The notes: generated by a model from the sequence alone, not told the origin. Positions 1-10,617 are shown, counted from the stretch's first letter. The stretch: DNA of 64,000 nucleotides from an uncultured Lachnospiraceae bacterium (GCA_947246015.1 CAMXQE010000007.1:16171-80170); one strand, 5' to 3'. A program made the numbers and translations.

Positions 1-8
1 ACAGTGCG

Positions 9-467
9 GTGGATACGCCCATGGACGGACTGGAAGAGGAACGGCCCTTATTTTCCAAACTGATGGAAGTGGAAGAATACAGGGAACAGTATCATGCCTA
101 TCTGGGGGAAATTGCGGACGGGTATGTGGGCAGCGGGCAGTTTTCGGAAGTGTTGTCTAAAGTAGAAGCTGTGATTGCATCATATGTGGAAACGGATGCC
201 ACGGCATTTTACAGCTATCAGGAATTTGCAGAAGCAATAGACACATTGGAGATGTTCGTCCTGCTGCGGGCGGAAAGTGTAGGAAAACAGCTTAACGGGG
301 AGATTCCTTCTGTTTCGGAGGAGAGGAACCAGGACACGGTTTTGGTGGATGCGTCCGGCATCAGCCTGAGTACCATGGGTATGCAGGGAGGAGATGGCGC
401 CGGAGGTAAAGGAAGCAGGGACGGGAATATGTTCGGCAGAAAATTTAATCCTTCGCCACCGCATTAA
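9..467 (+). CDS. C-terminal part of a CotH-kinase-family protein (begins before the window)
   Basis: DTP...RPL...L...EY...YH.YL and YV..D.TAFY...EF...L..F..LR.ES resemble the C-terminus of Clostridial CotH-like proteins; Gly-rich tail. Confidence 0.6.
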   Translation: MDTPMDGLEEERPLFSKLMEVEEYREQYHAYLGEIADGYVGSGQFSEVLSKVEAVIASYVETDATAFYSYQEFAEAIDTLEMFVLLRAESVGKQLNGEIPSVSEERNQDTVLVDASGISLSTMGMQGGDGAGGKGSRDGNMFGRKFNPSPPH

Positions 468-481
468 AAGAATTTTTATGC

Positions 482-537
482 AAAAGCGGCTCCCATCCGT
501 ATGCAGGCGTTCAGGCTGCAGATGGGAGCTGTTTTTT
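482..537 (+). terminator. Rho-independent terminator
   Basis: AAAAGCGGCTCCCATC...GATGGGAGCTGTTTTTT stem plus T-tract right after the stop codon. Confidence 0.7.
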
Positions 538-581
538 CGGTGTATTAGAGCGTGGGGAAAGTAGCTGCTTCGCAGCACGTA

Positions 582-721
582 CCCCGTGCGGCGGGCAGCC
601 GGCCGGGTGTCTGCAACATTTGGCGGCTGCCGCGAAGAGTCAGATATCAGCACATCGAAAATGTTTCTGCGCCTTGCAGCGCTGCAAGTTTGATACTCCG
701 CTGCTTGCAGCGGGATATTTT
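582..721 (+). repeat. Palindromic intergenic repeat family, copy A (diverged)
   Basis: GTGTCTGCAACATTTGGCGGCTGCCGCG...CCGCTGCTTGCAGCGGG is shared with copies at 2479, 30498, 31722 and 36892. Confidence 0.75.
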
Positions 722-2456
722 ATTTGATTTGCAATACAAAAGCTTCATAAGGGCGGAGCATCATCTCCTGCCGGTCGTAAGTGTTTTCCATATTGGAAAT
801 CAGGCAGGGCATTCCGATAAATTCATCAGGGATGAGGAAAGGGACTTCCTGGTCGGAAAAGCTGCAGACTATGAGCAGTTTTTTCGATTCCGTTTTTACC
901 GATTCCGTTTTTTCTGATTCCATTTTTACTGATTTTGGACTGCCCGCCGGCTGCTCTTCCAATGTTCTGGTATAGACGAACAGTTCTTCGCTGTTTTCCA
1001 AAAGAGGCTCGTATTTTCCGTATACCATGACCGGATTCTGCTTTCTGAGAGCGATTAACTTTTTATAGTAATGGAACACGGAATCGGGATTTTTCGTCTC
1101 TGCTTCGGCATTGATTTCCCTGTAATTCGGATTGACGGAAATCCACGGGGTTCCTGTGGTGAATCCGGCGTGTTCCGTAGAATCCCACTGCATAGGAGTA
1201 CGGGCATTGTCGCGGCTTTTGGCAATGATGCAGGGCCAGAATACTTCATGAGAGACGGAACCGTCTGCACACCATTCCCTGTAAGCGTTGATGCTTTCGA
1301 TATCACGGAAATCGTCCGGGCTTTGGAACGGATAATTGGTCATGCCCAGTTCTTCGCCCTGATAGATATACGGAGTACCCTGCAGCATATGAAGGCAGGT
1401 TGCCAGCATCTTTGCGGAGGATTCCCGATATTCGGGACGGTCGTCACCGAAGCGGGAGACGGCGCGCGGCTGGTCATGATTATCCCAGAAAAGACTGTTC
1501 CATGCCGTGCCGTACAATTCAGTCTGCCAGCGGGACATAATCTTCTTTAATGTGGTAAGCGGCATTTTTTCGTCTGTCCATTTTCCATATTTTCCGCCTG
1601 TATCTACATGTTCAAACTGAAATACCATGTTCAGTTCGTGTGTGTTTTCCCCGGCATATTGTTTTGCGAGTTCTGTAGTTACGCCCGGAGTTTCGCCCAC
1701 CGTCATGATATCGTATTTGGACAGTACTCTTTCATTCATTTCCTGAAGATATTTATGGACATTGGGCCCGTTTACGCTGTAGGGGCCGTAATCGCCGTAC
1801 AAACCGTTTACTTTGCCGTCCGGCATTTCTTTTGTTTTTGAAATCATGCTGATGACGTCCATGCGGAATCCGTCAATCCCTTTGTCACACCACCATTTCA
1901 TCATGGCAAAGACTTCTTCGCGGACTTTCGGATTGTCCCAGTTCAGGTCCGGCTGCTTTTTGGAAAAAAGGTGCAGGTAGTACATACTGGTCTCCTTGTC
2001 ATACTGCCATGCGGAACCGCCGAAACAGGAACCCCAGTTATTGGGAGGTGTCTGTGCATCCGTTCCCTCACGCCAGATGTAATAGTCGCGGTATTCATTA
2101 TCCTTTGATTTTCTGCTCTCCATAAACCATTTATGCTCATCGGAGGTATGGTTGACTACGAGGTCCATGACGATACGGATATCCCTTTTATGCGCCTCTG
2201 ACAGCAATTGGTCGAAATCGTCCATCGTGCCGAAGTCGTCCATGATTGCCTGATAGTCGCTGATATCATATCCATTGTCGTCGTTGGGGGACTGGTAGAC
2301 AGGGGATAACCAGATGACATCAATGCCCAGGTATTTCAGATAATCCAGCCTGCCTGTGATTCCCTTTAAATCTCCGATACCGTCTCCGTTGCTGTCCATA
2401 AAGCTGCGGGGATAAATCTGATAAATAACGGCTTCTTTCCACCATGTTCTGTTCAT
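720..2456 (-). CDS. malL: GH13 oligo-1,6-glucosidase / alpha-glucosidase
   Basis: WWKEAVIYQIYPRSFMDSNGDGIGD, DLVVNHTSDEH, GFRMDVI (nucleophile), GET, NHDQPR. Confidence 0.92.
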   Translation of the reverse strand: MNRTWWKEAVIYQIYPRSFMDSNGDGIGDLKGITGRLDYLKYLGIDVIWLSPVYQSPNDDNGYDISDYQAIMDDFGTMDDFDQLLSEAHKRDIRIVMDLVVNHTSDEHKWFMESRKSKDNEYRDYYIWREGTDAQTPPNNWGSCFGGSAWQYDKETSMYYLHLFSKKQPDLNWDNPKVREEVFAMMKWWCDKGIDGFRMDVISMISKTKEMPDGKVNGLYGDYGPYSVNGPNVHKYLQEMNERVLSKYDIMTVGETPGVTTELAKQYAGENTHELNMVFQFEHVDTGGKYGKWTDEKMPLTTLKKIMSRWQTELYGTAWNSLFWDNHDQPRAVSRFGDDRPEYRESSAKMLATCLHMLQGTPYIYQGEELGMTNYPFQSPDDFRDIESINAYREWCADGSVSHEVFWPCIIAKSRDNARTPMQWDSTEHAGFTTGTPWISVNPNYREINAEAETKNPDSVFHYYKKLIALRKQNPVMVYGKYEPLLENSEELFVYTRTLEEQPAGSPKSVKMESEKTESVKTESKKLLIVCSFSDQEVPFLIPDEFIGMPCLISNMENTYDRQEMMLRPYEAFVLQIK

Positions 2457-2478
2457 AACGTTTTGTCCTTTCTTATTT

Positions 2479-2600
2479 TATTCCCGCGAGCAACGAGCCA
2501 AGTGTCTGCAACATTTGGCGACTGCCGCGAGGGTCAAATACCCCGCCCCTTGGGGCGTTTCAAATTTGATGCCCCGCTGCTTGCGGCGGGGTCTTTGACT
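2479..2600 (+). repeat. Palindromic intergenic repeat family, copy B
   Basis: TATTCCCGCGAGCAACGAGCCAAGTG...GTCAAATACCCCGCCCCTTGGGGCG...CCCCGCTGCTTGCGGCGGGGTCTTTGACT; near-identical to 31722-31847. Confidence 0.9.
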
Positions 2601-2694
2601 TTTTGTTTTATTGTCCTTTTTTGCGGATGGGCAGTACGGCAGACAGAATGCGGGCGTCTGATGTACTGCCGCAGTTGTTTATAGTGTGTCCGGC

Positions 2695-4371
2695 TTACAT
2701 TTCCAGTATCAGTACCTGATATCCGTGCAGCGTGATTTCGCTGTTTTTTTCGGCAGTATCAGGGTAATTGTTGAGCAGGATTTTTTGGTACGGCGCCGGG
2801 AGCGTAACCGTCTGCTCTTCTTTCTGGTAATTTCCGATTACAAGCAGAGTACTGTCGCCTTTTCTGTAGTATGCCATCAGGTTGTGCTGTTCTCTCCAGA
2901 CGGGTTCTAAAGAACCGTAGACTACGGTATCTTTATATTCCGGGTTTTTGCGCAGGGCAATCAGTTTTTTATAAAAGTTCCGTACAGAACCGGAATCTTC
3001 CTGCTGCGCGGCGGCGTTGATTTCCGTGTAATTGGGATTGACGTCAAGCCATGGTGTTCCTGTGGTAAACCCGGCATGTGGGGCATCGGACCACTGCATA
3101 GGCGTACGGGCATTGTCGCGGCTGTATCTGGCGGCAACCTTTAACGCTTCTTCCGGTGACAGTCCGGCATCGAGCGCAACCCGATACTCATCCAGCGTCG
3201 AAATATCATCTACCTGTTCGATGGATGTGAACGGAACATTTTCCATACCAAGCTCCTGTCCCTGATAGATGAATGGAAGCCCCCGCAGCATAAAGTTCAG
3301 CGCCGCCAGCATTTTCTTACTTTCGATGCAGCAGTCGCCCTCCGGGATGTAGCGGCTGACGCCGCGCGGTTCGTCATGGTTTTCAATGATATTGGACAGA
3401 AAACCGATATTGCCGGCTTTTTCCTGGGCGTCAAAGCAGCAGTTTTTATAATCGTCCGGCGTAATTGGTTTGGCATCGTACCATCCTTTTTCACTTTGGC
3501 CGAAGATTGTTTCATTGAAGTCGAACATGCTGGAAAAGTAGCCGTCATCACCGATGAAATCAGGGATTTCCTCCGGTTTTTCATTGAATACCTCTCCCAC
3601 GGAAAAAGCGTCGTATTTCTTAAAGGTGCGGTCGCGCATTTCACCTAAAAATTCACCGATGCCTTTTGCTTCCTTCAGCATTTTATGGATGCTGCACAGG
3701 CCGTCTTCCCTGTCCGGTTCATAGTCGCGCAGCGGAAGGGCTTTTTTGATATTGATGATGGCGTCGATACGGAAACCGCCCAGACCTTTCTCAAGCCACC
3801 AGTTGATATTTTTGTATACTTCTTCGCGCAGTTCGGGATTTTCCCAGTTCAAATCCGGCTGTTTTTTGTGGAATACGTGAAGATACTGTTTATTTGTGCC
3901 GGGCAGGTCTTCCCATACGGGGCCGCCGAAGTAGGAACGCCAGTTGGTCGGCAGTTTCTCTTCATCCTTGTCTCTTAAATAGAAAAAGTTTCCGTATTTG
4001 CCTTCCGGCTCCTCGCAGGCTTTCCGGAACCACTCGTGCTCGTCGGAGCAGTGATTTACCACGAGGTCCATCAGTATGTACATATTGCGTTTTTTTGCTT
4101 CTGCGATAAGCTGCTCCATGTCTTCCATTGTGCCGAAACGGGGGTCGATATTGTAATAATCTGAGATATCATATCCCTGATCTGCCAATGGGGAAGGATA
4201 GCAGGGTGAGAGCCAGATAATATCGACGCCTAAATCCTGCAGATAGTCGAGTTTGCTGATAATACCGGGAATGTCTCCGATGCCGTCCCCGTTGGAATCA
4301 TAGAAACTTTTCGGATAAATCTGGTATGCTACTTTATCATGCCACCATTTTTTCTTCATATGAATCACCAT
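2695..4371 (-). CDS. GH13 alpha-glucosidase (paralog; start may be 4359)
   Basis: WWHDKVAYQIYPKSFYDSNGDGIGD, GFRIDAI, NHDEPR, SRDNARTPMQW. Confidence 0.92.
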   Translation of the reverse strand: MVIHMKKKWWHDKVAYQIYPKSFYDSNGDGIGDIPGIISKLDYLQDLGVDIIWLSPCYPSPLADQGYDISDYYNIDPRFGTMEDMEQLIAEAKKRNMYILMDLVVNHCSDEHEWFRKACEEPEGKYGNFFYLRDKDEEKLPTNWRSYFGGPVWEDLPGTNKQYLHVFHKKQPDLNWENPELREEVYKNINWWLEKGLGGFRIDAIINIKKALPLRDYEPDREDGLCSIHKMLKEAKGIGEFLGEMRDRTFKKYDAFSVGEVFNEKPEEIPDFIGDDGYFSSMFDFNETIFGQSEKGWYDAKPITPDDYKNCCFDAQEKAGNIGFLSNIIENHDEPRGVSRYIPEGDCCIESKKMLAALNFMLRGLPFIYQGQELGMENVPFTSIEQVDDISTLDEYRVALDAGLSPEEALKVAARYSRDNARTPMQWSDAPHAGFTTGTPWLDVNPNYTEINAAAQQEDSGSVRNFYKKLIALRKNPEYKDTVVYGSLEPVWREQHNLMAYYRKGDSTLLVIGNYQKEEQTVTLPAPYQKILLNNYPDTAEKNSEITLHGYQVLILEM

Positions 4372-4438
4372 GCCCTTTCTATTTTATCATTTTATCATTC
4401 TGTCATTCGGAACCTGCGGGGCCGGGCCGCGGGCACAA

Positions 4439-4523
4439 GTCAACAACCCCGCAGAGCGAAAACACATCTTCGATGTGTTGGTATGTGACCCTCGCGGCAT
4501 TCGTCAAATAGCCAGAGATATTT
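4439..4523 (-). repeat. Palindromic intergenic repeat family, copy C
   Basis: Reverse complement matches parts of 30540-30659 (GACGAATGCCGCGAGGGTCACATACCAACACATCGAAGATGTG...GGGGTTGTTGACT). Confidence 0.85.
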
Positions 4524-4586
4524 ACACTTTATTATAATGACGGATATGGATTATGTCCTACGTTTATCTGATTAAAAAATACGAAA

Positions 4587-5504
4587 TTATGACTTTTCCT
4601 TACGGTACTGTAAAGGCGTGGTATTGGTATGCTTCCGGAATTCCCGGAGAAAATTTCCCAGGTTATTGTATCCGCATTCCAGACAGACTTCCATAACGGG
4701 AAGGTCTGTTTCTTCCAAAAGGCGGAGGGATTGTTTGATGCGGTATTCGCTGACGTACTCCATCGGGGAATGTCCGATTGCTTTCCTGAAAAAGCGGCAG
4801 AAGTACTGCTCATTCAGATTAATTAATGCTGCCAGGTCGGAAATATAAATCTTTTCCTTATAATTTTCCCGGATATAAGTCAGTACGGTTTTGATGTCCT
4901 CCACGCGTTTGTCGTAATTCTTTTCCGTAGGCGTAAACAGCTTGTGGCCGGAAAGTGCGGCAAGGATGCGCAGCAGAGAGGATTTGATGAGGAGCTGGTT
5001 CGTCAGGTCATCGGTCACGGCGCCGTCATCCTGAAGGGATTCCTCCGGAAAGACCTGTCCGAAGGAATGCATGATATCGGTAAAAGCGTCCCGGATGGCC
5101 GGAAATGCAGGATGCTCCGGAAAGATACAGCGGGGGAAGATAATCTGCCCTTTCTTTATCGGCTGGATTAACTGCATCTGTGCAGTGTCACAGGAGTCAA
5201 AACTTAAAATACCAGGGGAGAAAACAACCGCATCTTCGTAACAGCCGGCAGTTTCCATTATAATACTATGCAGTTCTCCGGGGTTGATGAAATACAGGCA
5301 TTCAGAATGAACCGGAAACTGCTCCATATTGATTTCCAGCCGGAAATCCCCGCCGGAGAAGTACAGGATTTCCACTTCGTCGTGCCAGTGATATTTGACG
5401 AGCGTGCCTTTTCCGGCAGAGCGGGTGCGGTAGATGGCGCAGGGAAAAGACTTTGTGCCGTGGGGACGGATTTCTTTTAATGTGTTTGGCTGCGGCTGCT
5501 GCAT
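4587..5504 (-). CDS. AraC-family transcriptional regulator with cupin sensor
   Basis: N-terminal HWHDEVEI cupin; C-terminal LAALINLNEQYFCRFFRK...CGYNNLGNFLREFRK double HTH. Confidence 0.93.
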   Translation of the reverse strand: MQQPQPNTLKEIRPHGTKSFPCAIYRTRSAGKGTLVKYHWHDEVEILYFSGGDFRLEINMEQFPVHSECLYFINPGELHSIIMETAGCYEDAVVFSPGILSFDSCDTAQMQLIQPIKKGQIIFPRCIFPEHPAFPAIRDAFTDIMHSFGQVFPEESLQDDGAVTDDLTNQLLIKSSLLRILAALSGHKLFTPTEKNYDKRVEDIKTVLTYIRENYKEKIYISDLAALINLNEQYFCRFFRKAIGHSPMEYVSEYRIKQSLRLLEETDLPVMEVCLECGYNNLGNFLREFRKHTNTTPLQYRKEKS

Positions 5505-5827
5505 GGCGGTTCTCCTTTACTTTTGCTGATACTGTGATTTTATTGTAACAGATTTGTGTATAAAAACAAGAGAAGAAATAGTAACTTATGCGCAAAAGCT
5601 ATTGAGTTTGCAGATAATTTATGGTATGATTTTTGTAAAATAAAAAGCAGCCAAAATTGTTCTGCAGATGAAGATGCTGGAAGGGACGGGGGCGGAACTG
5701 GAATAAAAACAGCTGCCGCGCCGTACAGTACCCAGAGTGAATTATGCCTGCGAAGCAGACAGAATTCACTCTGCGGATAAAGGTACTGGAAGGGACGGCG
5801 GCGGAACTGGAATAGGAGGAAAATCGT

Positions 5828-7885
5828 ATGGTGCAAAAGTATAAATTCGGAAAACCTTTTCCAACAGAGGCAGTGGTGGAGGAGGTTGCGCTTCAGGAAG
5901 GGGAACTGCCTTATCTGAGGGTAGAGCAGGGAGAGAAACTGTGCTTTTCCTATCATTTGGAGCAGGAAGATGAGGTATATGGATTAGGAGAGAATGTGAG
6001 AGGCATCAATAAACGGGGCTGGCTGTATCAGAGCTGCTGTATGGATGAACCGAACCATTTGGAAGACAGGCATTCTCTTTATGCGTCGCATAATTTTCTG
6101 GTTGTAAAAGGGACGAAGCTCTTTGGCGTATTTCTGGATGCACCCGGAATCGTGACTTTTGATATCGGCTATACCCATTTGGATGAAATGCGGATTGTAT
6201 TTGAGGAGCCGGATGTCATGGTTTATGTTTTGGAAGGGGACAGCATTCTTGAACTTGTAAAGGAATTCCGGACCCTGATTGGCAGGAGTTATATTCCGCC
6301 GAAGTGGGCTTTTGGCTATCAACAGAGCCGCTGGGGGTATAAGACGGAGGAAGACATTTATCATGTGGCTAAAATGCACAGGGACAATCATTTCCCGCTG
6401 GACAGTATTTATCTTGACATTGATTATATGGAACGGTATAAGGATTTTACGATTGACAGGGAGAGAATGCCTCACTTTGAGGAGATGGTGAAGAAACTGA
6501 AGGAAGACCATATACGTCTGGTGCCTATCATTGATGCAGGAGTGAAGGTAGAGCAGGGCTATCACGTTTATGAGGAAGGGATAGAAAAAGGGTATTTCTG
6601 TAAGGAACAGGACGGGAAAGAATTTGTGGCGGGCGTCTGGCCGGGGAAGGTGCATTTTCCGGATGTGCTGAATAAAGATGCGAGGGAATGGTTCGGGAAC
6701 CAGTATCAGTTCCTGCTGGAAAAAGGCGTGGAGGGATTCTGGAATGATATGAATGAACCTTCTATCTTTTTTGCACAGGACCGTCTGGACCGTACGATAG
6801 ACGAAATTGCGGCGTTCAAAGGAAAGAATCTGGGATTGGATACATTTGAGCGGTTTATGGGGCTGGTGGGCGGTCTTGCAAATAATACGGAAGACTTTAA
6901 GAAGTTTTACCATCAGACAGAAAACGGAACAATAAGTCATGATAAAGTACATAACCTTTTTGGATATAATATGACAAGGGCGGCGGGAGAAGCCTTTGAA
7001 CGTCTGTGTCCGGATAAAAGAATCCTTATGTTTTCCAGGTCCTCTTATGTGGGAATGCATCGCTATGGGGGAATCTGGATGGGAGATAACAAGTCATGGT
7101 GGCAGCATATGCTTCTGAATTTCAAGATGCAGCCTTCTTTAAATATGGTGGGAATTTTATATACCGGAGGCGATATCGGCGGATTTGGGGCGGATGCCAC
7201 GGAGGATTTGGTAATCCGCTGGACCCAGATGGCGCTTTTCGCTCCCCTCATGCGTAATCACAGCGCGCAGGGAACCAGGGAGCAGGAAGTTTACCGATTT
7301 GATAAACAGGGTATTTTGAGAGATACTTTAAATATCCGTTATGGATTACTGCCGTATTTATACAGTGAATTTATGAAAGCAGCCCTTAGAAACGAAATGT
7401 ACTTTAAGCCATTATCTTTTGTATATACGGATGATGGTTTTGCTTCTCAGGTGGAGGACCAGCTTCTGGCGGGAGACAGTGTTATGATAACACCGGTATT
7501 TGTGCAGAATGCCAGGGGGAGATACGTGTATCTTCCGGAGGAAATGGCTATGATCAGATTCCGGAGCCTGCAGGATTATGATACGAAAAGATATCCTTCG
7601 GGGCATCATTACATAGAGGCGGATTTAGGAGAGACGCTTCTTTTTGTCAGAAAAAATAAAATGCTGATTCTCTCGGAAGGAGGAGAATATACAGATGCGG
7701 TAAAAACGGATTATTTAAAAGTCCTCGCTTTCGTGGAAGACAAGGCTGAGTATGAGTGGTATGAGGATGACGGAATGGGGAAGGATTATGAAAATCCCCA
7801 AAATATAAGGAAGATTACAGTATCTGCTGACGGCGCCTGCGCATGTGAGGGAAGGCCGGTCCGGCTGGAGGTCGAAATGCTGTAG
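5828..7885 (+). CDS. GH31 alpha-glucosidase
   Basis: GYQQSRWGY, IYLDIDYM, GFWNDMNEP catalytic motif, WMGDN, GGDIGGF. Confidence 0.93.
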   Translation: MVQKYKFGKPFPTEAVVEEVALQEGELPYLRVEQGEKLCFSYHLEQEDEVYGLGENVRGINKRGWLYQSCCMDEPNHLEDRHSLYASHNFLVVKGTKLFGVFLDAPGIVTFDIGYTHLDEMRIVFEEPDVMVYVLEGDSILELVKEFRTLIGRSYIPPKWAFGYQQSRWGYKTEEDIYHVAKMHRDNHFPLDSIYLDIDYMERYKDFTIDRERMPHFEEMVKKLKEDHIRLVPIIDAGVKVEQGYHVYEEGIEKGYFCKEQDGKEFVAGVWPGKVHFPDVLNKDAREWFGNQYQFLLEKGVEGFWNDMNEPSIFFAQDRLDRTIDEIAAFKGKNLGLDTFERFMGLVGGLANNTEDFKKFYHQTENGTISHDKVHNLFGYNMTRAAGEAFERLCPDKRILMFSRSSYVGMHRYGGIWMGDNKSWWQHMLLNFKMQPSLNMVGILYTGGDIGGFGADATEDLVIRWTQMALFAPLMRNHSAQGTREQEVYRFDKQGILRDTLNIRYGLLPYLYSEFMKAALRNEMYFKPLSFVYTDDGFASQVEDQLLAGDSVMITPVFVQNARGRYVYLPEEMAMIRFRSLQDYDTKRYPSGHHYIEADLGETLLFVRKNKMLILSEGGEYTDAVKTDYLKVLAFVEDKAEYEWYEDDGMGKDYENPQNIRKITVSADGACACEGRPVRLEVEML

Positions 7886-7934
7886 GAAATACTTTAAAAA
7901 ATGCTTAAAAAAGCTGTAAAGAAGAGGGAATGCA

Positions 7935-8984
7935 ATGATTACAATCAAGGAAATCGCGGGAATCGCGGGAGTCAGCACTACGACCGTGTCAAATGTGATA
8001 CATGGCAAAACAAAAGAGGTATCTCCTGCGACGGTAGAAAGGATTCAGAGGGTATTGGAAAAATACCATTATACGCCCAATATCAGCGCAAGGAATCTGG
8101 CGAGCAACAAATCGGGAATCATCGGTGTAATCATGAAGCGTTACCGGGATATGGAAAATAATCGTTTTGTGGATCCGTTTGTCAGCGAACTGCTGGGCGG
8201 AATAGAAAGCAGCGCGAAGGAAAAAGGCTACTATGTCATGGTGTATACTGCCTGTGATATTCAGGAATTAAAAAAACTGATTATGTCCTGGAATATGGAC
8301 GGGATGGTCATGGTCGGGTTTGTCAGGGATGAAATTTATTCCATCCAGGAGGTATGCAGGCGTCCGATGGCAATCATAGATGTATATAATACCCTTCGTA
8401 TGGAAAACTGCATCAATATCGGGTTGGAAGACGGAGAAGGCATGTACCGTGTCGTGCAGTATATTATTTCGTGCGGCCATAAGAAAATCGGTTTCCTGTC
8501 AGACAATGATACCAATCTGGACCATGAGAGATATCTGGGTTATGAGAGGGCTATGAGGGAAAGCGGGATTTTTGTGAAGCCGGAGGACTTTATACACATT
8601 GTTCCTGCGGAGAAGAATCAGGTGGCTAATCTGGAGGAAATTTACAAGCGTTCTTTTGAGTTCACAGCTTTAGCCTGTGTTTCCGATTACTATGCGGCAT
8701 TGATTTTAAACGAACTTCAGGACAGGGGGAGGAAAGTGCCGGAGGATGTTTCGATTACCGGGTTTGACGATAACTATATGTCCCAGATTGTCCGTCCGGC
8801 TCTGACTACGGTTCGGCAGGATGCGGAAAAGAGGGGGCAGGCAGCAGTGGAATACTTATGCGCCATGATTGAGGAACCGGAGAAAAGGCAGTACCGGAGC
8901 CGGATATTTCCTGCGGAACTTGTAATACGGGACTCTGTCAGAAAAATTGAAAATATAACCCGCTACGACCCGCAGGAAGTATAA
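7935..8984 (+). CDS. LacI-family transcriptional regulator
   Basis: TIKEIAGIAGVSTTTVSNVI HTH; VPEDVSITGFDD...PALTTVRQ. Confidence 0.95.
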   Translation: MITIKEIAGIAGVSTTTVSNVIHGKTKEVSPATVERIQRVLEKYHYTPNISARNLASNKSGIIGVIMKRYRDMENNRFVDPFVSELLGGIESSAKEKGYYVMVYTACDIQELKKLIMSWNMDGMVMVGFVRDEIYSIQEVCRRPMAIIDVYNTLRMENCINIGLEDGEGMYRVVQYIISCGHKKIGFLSDNDTNLDHERYLGYERAMRESGIFVKPEDFIHIVPAEKNQVANLEEIYKRSFEFTALACVSDYYAALILNELQDRGRKVPEDVSITGFDDNYMSQIVRPALTTVRQDAEKRGQAAVEYLCAMIEEPEKRQYRSRIFPAELVIRDSVRKIENITRYDPQEV

Positions 8985-9736
8985 TGTCTGACCCCGCATT
9001 TCCACAAAGCAAAGCAGGGGAGAAGAAACAGGCACGCCGCCAAAGGCAGCAGTCCGTACCACCATTTCCCCCTGTCCAGCAGGCAGGTGAGCGGGTAATA
9101 TTGTATCAGGGCATAGGGAATGACGAACGTGCATATCTGCAATACCCGTTTGCCGTAGATGCAGACAGGATATTTCCCATATTCCCTTGCTCCGTCCGTA
9201 AAAATATTAAAGATTTCCAGCCTTTCCAGCGTAAAGAAACAAACGGAAGCAAAGAGCAGGAAAATACCGCTGAATACGGCGGTTCCGCCGATAAGCATGA
9301 AAATGACTGTCAGTACTTTCGGAAAAGTCCACGTAACATGGCTGACCGAAACGCCGTAGATAAACATGACAACGGCCTGCAGCATCCTGCCGATGCGGGT
9401 AAATTCCATACGGCTTCCCAGCACCTGAAGGATTTCATTGCGGGGACGTACCATAATGCGGTCAAATTCCCCTTTCCGAATCAGAACGGAAAAGAGGTCA
9501 AAGCCGCGGGCAACCGATTCCGCAAGGGAAAATTCCATCAAAGTAATGCCGAAGCAGAGCAGGATTTCCTGATAGGTGAAGCCCTGCACGGAGGAAAAAC
9601 GCTGGAACATAAAATAAACGCTCAGAAAAACGTTAAAAGAAATCAAAAACTGTCCGATGCAGGTCAGGACAAATGAAGTTTTATACTCCATTTTGCTCTT
9701 GAGCTGTATTAAAAAATATTTCCAATATAATCGCAT
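8963..9736 (-). CDS. ABC-2 family (DUF990-like) permease
   Basis: Multiple TM segments, GEFDRIMVRP motif; RBS GGAGG before ATG 9736. Confidence 0.85.
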   Translation of the reverse strand: MRLYWKYFLIQLKSKMEYKTSFVLTCIGQFLISFNVFLSVYFMFQRFSSVQGFTYQEILLCFGITLMEFSLAESVARGFDLFSVLIRKGEFDRIMVRPRNEILQVLGSRMEFTRIGRMLQAVVMFIYGVSVSHVTWTFPKVLTVIFMLIGGTAVFSGIFLLFASVCFFTLERLEIFNIFTDGAREYGKYPVCIYGKRVLQICTFVIPYALIQYYPLTCLLDRGKWWYGLLPLAACLFLLPCFALWKCGVRHYTSCGS

Positions 9737-9756
9737 AAAAAACCTCCATTTCCGCA

Positions 9757-10602
9757 TCAGCCGCCCTGCAAAGTAATTTTGCGCATCGCCAGTGCATTCA
9801 GGAATTTTCCGAGGGCAACCAGTATAATCAGCCAGAGAAACTGTACCAGGATGGCCCGTCCCATGGCTGCGCCGGATAAATCTCCGCTGTAAATACGCAG
9901 GGGGACATTCTGCATGGAGCCGAAAGGCAGCAGTTCAAAGAATCCCCTGAGCCGGTCAGGAAAAAAGGGCAGGGGGATGACCGCTCCGGAGAAAAACTCA
10001 ACCACGGACATAGCAACCATGCGGATTCCTTCCGGCGATAAGGTAAAAAAGGCACTCATATAAATAAGCATACAGAAAGCCACGGTAACGGCAAGCCCTG
10101 TTATGAGTGTCAGCAGGAACAGCAAAAAGGCCGGAACACTGGCCGGAGCCATCAGCCCGTAAGGTTTCGGAAGAAAGGCAGCCACAAGCAGGATAGGCAT
10201 ACACCGCAGTACCGCTTTGGAACAGCGGCCTGCCATACTGCGGGAAAACCACATGTTGTATATGTCAATGGGGCGGCATAATTCATAGGACACATTACCG
10301 TCTATGATACAGGTAAAGATTTCATTGTCCATCATCCATGCCATGAACAGGGCGAGGAATGCCTGCTGCATCCATACATAGGCGCTGGTGGCCTGAAAGG
10401 TCATGGGAAAACTGCCGTTATCCGGTGTCTGGTAAAAAGCCCGGAACATAAGGATTTCCATTGCTCCCCACACAAACTGGGTAGCAATGCCCGCAGCTGC
10501 CGCGGTACGGTATTGCAGTCCCATAGTGAAATGCAGCCGGAAAAAGGCGGTGTATTTGCGCAGGCTGGAAGGATGGAGTTTTGGGGATTTCGTCAGATGC
10601 AT
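9757..10602 (-). CDS. ABC-2 family (DUF990-like) permease
   Basis: TM helices, G.VSYELCRP and FSGAVIPLPFFP motifs; operon with ABC ATPase. Confidence 0.85.
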   Translation of the reverse strand: MHLTKSPKLHPSSLRKYTAFFRLHFTMGLQYRTAAAAGIATQFVWGAMEILMFRAFYQTPDNGSFPMTFQATSAYVWMQQAFLALFMAWMMDNEIFTCIIDGNVSYELCRPIDIYNMWFSRSMAGRCSKAVLRCMPILLVAAFLPKPYGLMAPASVPAFLLFLLTLITGLAVTVAFCMLIYMSAFFTLSPEGIRMVAMSVVEFFSGAVIPLPFFPDRLRGFFELLPFGSMQNVPLRIYSGDLSGAAMGRAILVQFLWLIILVALGKFLNALAMRKITLQGG

Positions 10603-10617
10603 GTGTGTTCCACCTCC

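Noticed and set aside
552-917. ORFs over palindromic repeats (also 2463-2684, 4326-4511, 30369-30590, 34371-34709, 36824-37084)
   Set aside because: The shared peptide motifs come from the non-coding repeat family; no RBS or protein family evidence.
5984-7060. Long antisense ORFs such as this 358-aa one and those opposite gltB and the cas genes
   Set aside because: Shadows of well-supported genes on the other strand with no recognisable motifs.
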